64,000 nucleotides of DNA, from contig CACYXZ010000001.1 of the NCBI GenBank assembly GCA_902778525.1, forward strand, positions 4,522-68,521, in the 5' to 3' direction. This document shows, piece by piece, positions 63,723-64,000 of this stretch. The DNA is from Oscillospiraceae bacterium. GTDB lineage: Bacteria; Bacillota; Clostridia; Oscillospirales; Oscillospiraceae. The position numbers were made by a program, and so were the translations under genes. Positions within the stretch are counted from its first letter, which is position 1. Every line of letters starts with the position of its first letter. The notes below the pieces were generated by a model. That model searched no databases and had not been told where the DNA came from. It saw nothing but the letters and a program-made list of their open reading frames with translations.

Positions 63723-64000
63723 ATGAGTGAATCCTATCCCGAGAGAGTAGTCGCCATTAAGGTCATCGGTGTTGGCGGCGCCGGCAACAATGTTGTCAAC
63801 CGCATGATCGAAGCCGGTGTCAAGGGCGTTGATTTTATCGCTGTGAACACAGACAAGCAGGACCTGAACAAGTCCAAGGCCGATGAAAAGGTCCAGATCG
63901 GTGAGAAGCTCACCGGCGGCATGGGCGCAGGCTCTAAGCCGGAGATCGGCAAGAAGTCCGCGGAGGAAAGCCGCGCGGCCATTGCCAAGATGCTCGAGAA
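63723..64000 (+). CDS. ftsZ: cell division GTPase FtsZ, 3' end cut by window edge
   Basis: aggagg RBS; [33 protein letters not shown]...[12 protein letters not shown]; not in the ORF track because no stop lies within the window. Confidence 0.95.
   Translation, partial: MSESYPERVVAIKVIGVGGAGNNVVNRMIEAGVKGVDFIAVNTDKQDLNKSKADEKVQIGEKLTGGMGAGSKPEIGKKSAEESRAAIAKMLE

Noticed and set aside
1-64000. Scan for mobile elements, prophage, toxin-antitoxin, restriction-modification, CRISPR-Cas, retron/DGR or other defence modules
   Set aside because: No integrase, transposase, recombinase, reverse transcriptase, nuclease/helicase defence-type gene, terminal inverted repeat or tRNA attachment site was recognised. 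Every ORF of credible composition was assigned to housekeeping, envelope, transport or the unclassified families reported above.

Overview
GC-rich chromosomal segment, most likely from a spore-forming Clostridia-type Firmicute. That inference rests on gene content: spmA/spmB, abrB, a dcw cluster with a two-PASTA PBP and an FtsW/SpoVE-type protein, LplB/LplC-type permeases, and Gram-positive RBS and terminator architecture. I call about 60 CDS.

Gene order:
- 5'-truncated large ABC solute-binding lipoprotein
- three tandem NTF2/SnoaL-like paralogues
- two tandem HxlR regulators divergent from a YhfC-type membrane protease
- murA, DUF2207, gtrA-like, tadA
- a 9-kb Wzx/Wzy-type glycan locus (rfbA, priming transferase, glf, DUF4422, licD, GT2, wzy, wzx, acyltransferase)
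- an unclassified Cys-rich beta-helix-like protein
- pfkA, PaaI thioesterase, mutY
- a preQ1-riboswitch-controlled queD-queE-folE-queC-queF operon
- GNAT, CarD-like protein
- alr-femX, and a circularly permuted ATP-grasp / transglutaminase-like / C26 amidohydrolase operon
- htrA, bioY
- marR plus two ABC exporter genes
- an orphan histidine-kinase-like protein, hlyIII, GNAT, ROK glucokinase
- a second beta-helix-like paralogue
- spmB/spmA, abrB, rsmI, trmN6-like methyltransferase, ferredoxin, an N-domain-less Clp ATPase
- two orphan sugar ABC permeases behind a long structured leader
- dcw cluster rsmH-ftsL-PBP-murE-murF-mraY-ftsW-murG-ftsQ-ftsZ (ftsZ cut by the window end)

I saw no rRNA, tRNA, CRISPR array, transposase, integrase, phage gene or recognisable defence gene.

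Most worth a second look:
1. The two signal-peptide-less, Cys-rich beta-helix-like paralogues, which also share homologous upstream regions.
2. The CP-ATP-grasp / transglutaminase-like (apparent Cys->Ala) / C26 operon next to femX-alr.
3. The triple NTF2-like operon.
4. The roughly 350-nt structured leader in front of the orphan permeases.
5. The histidine-kinase-like protein whose H-box His appears to be Asp.

All family assignments come from motif recognition by eye. No database search was run.
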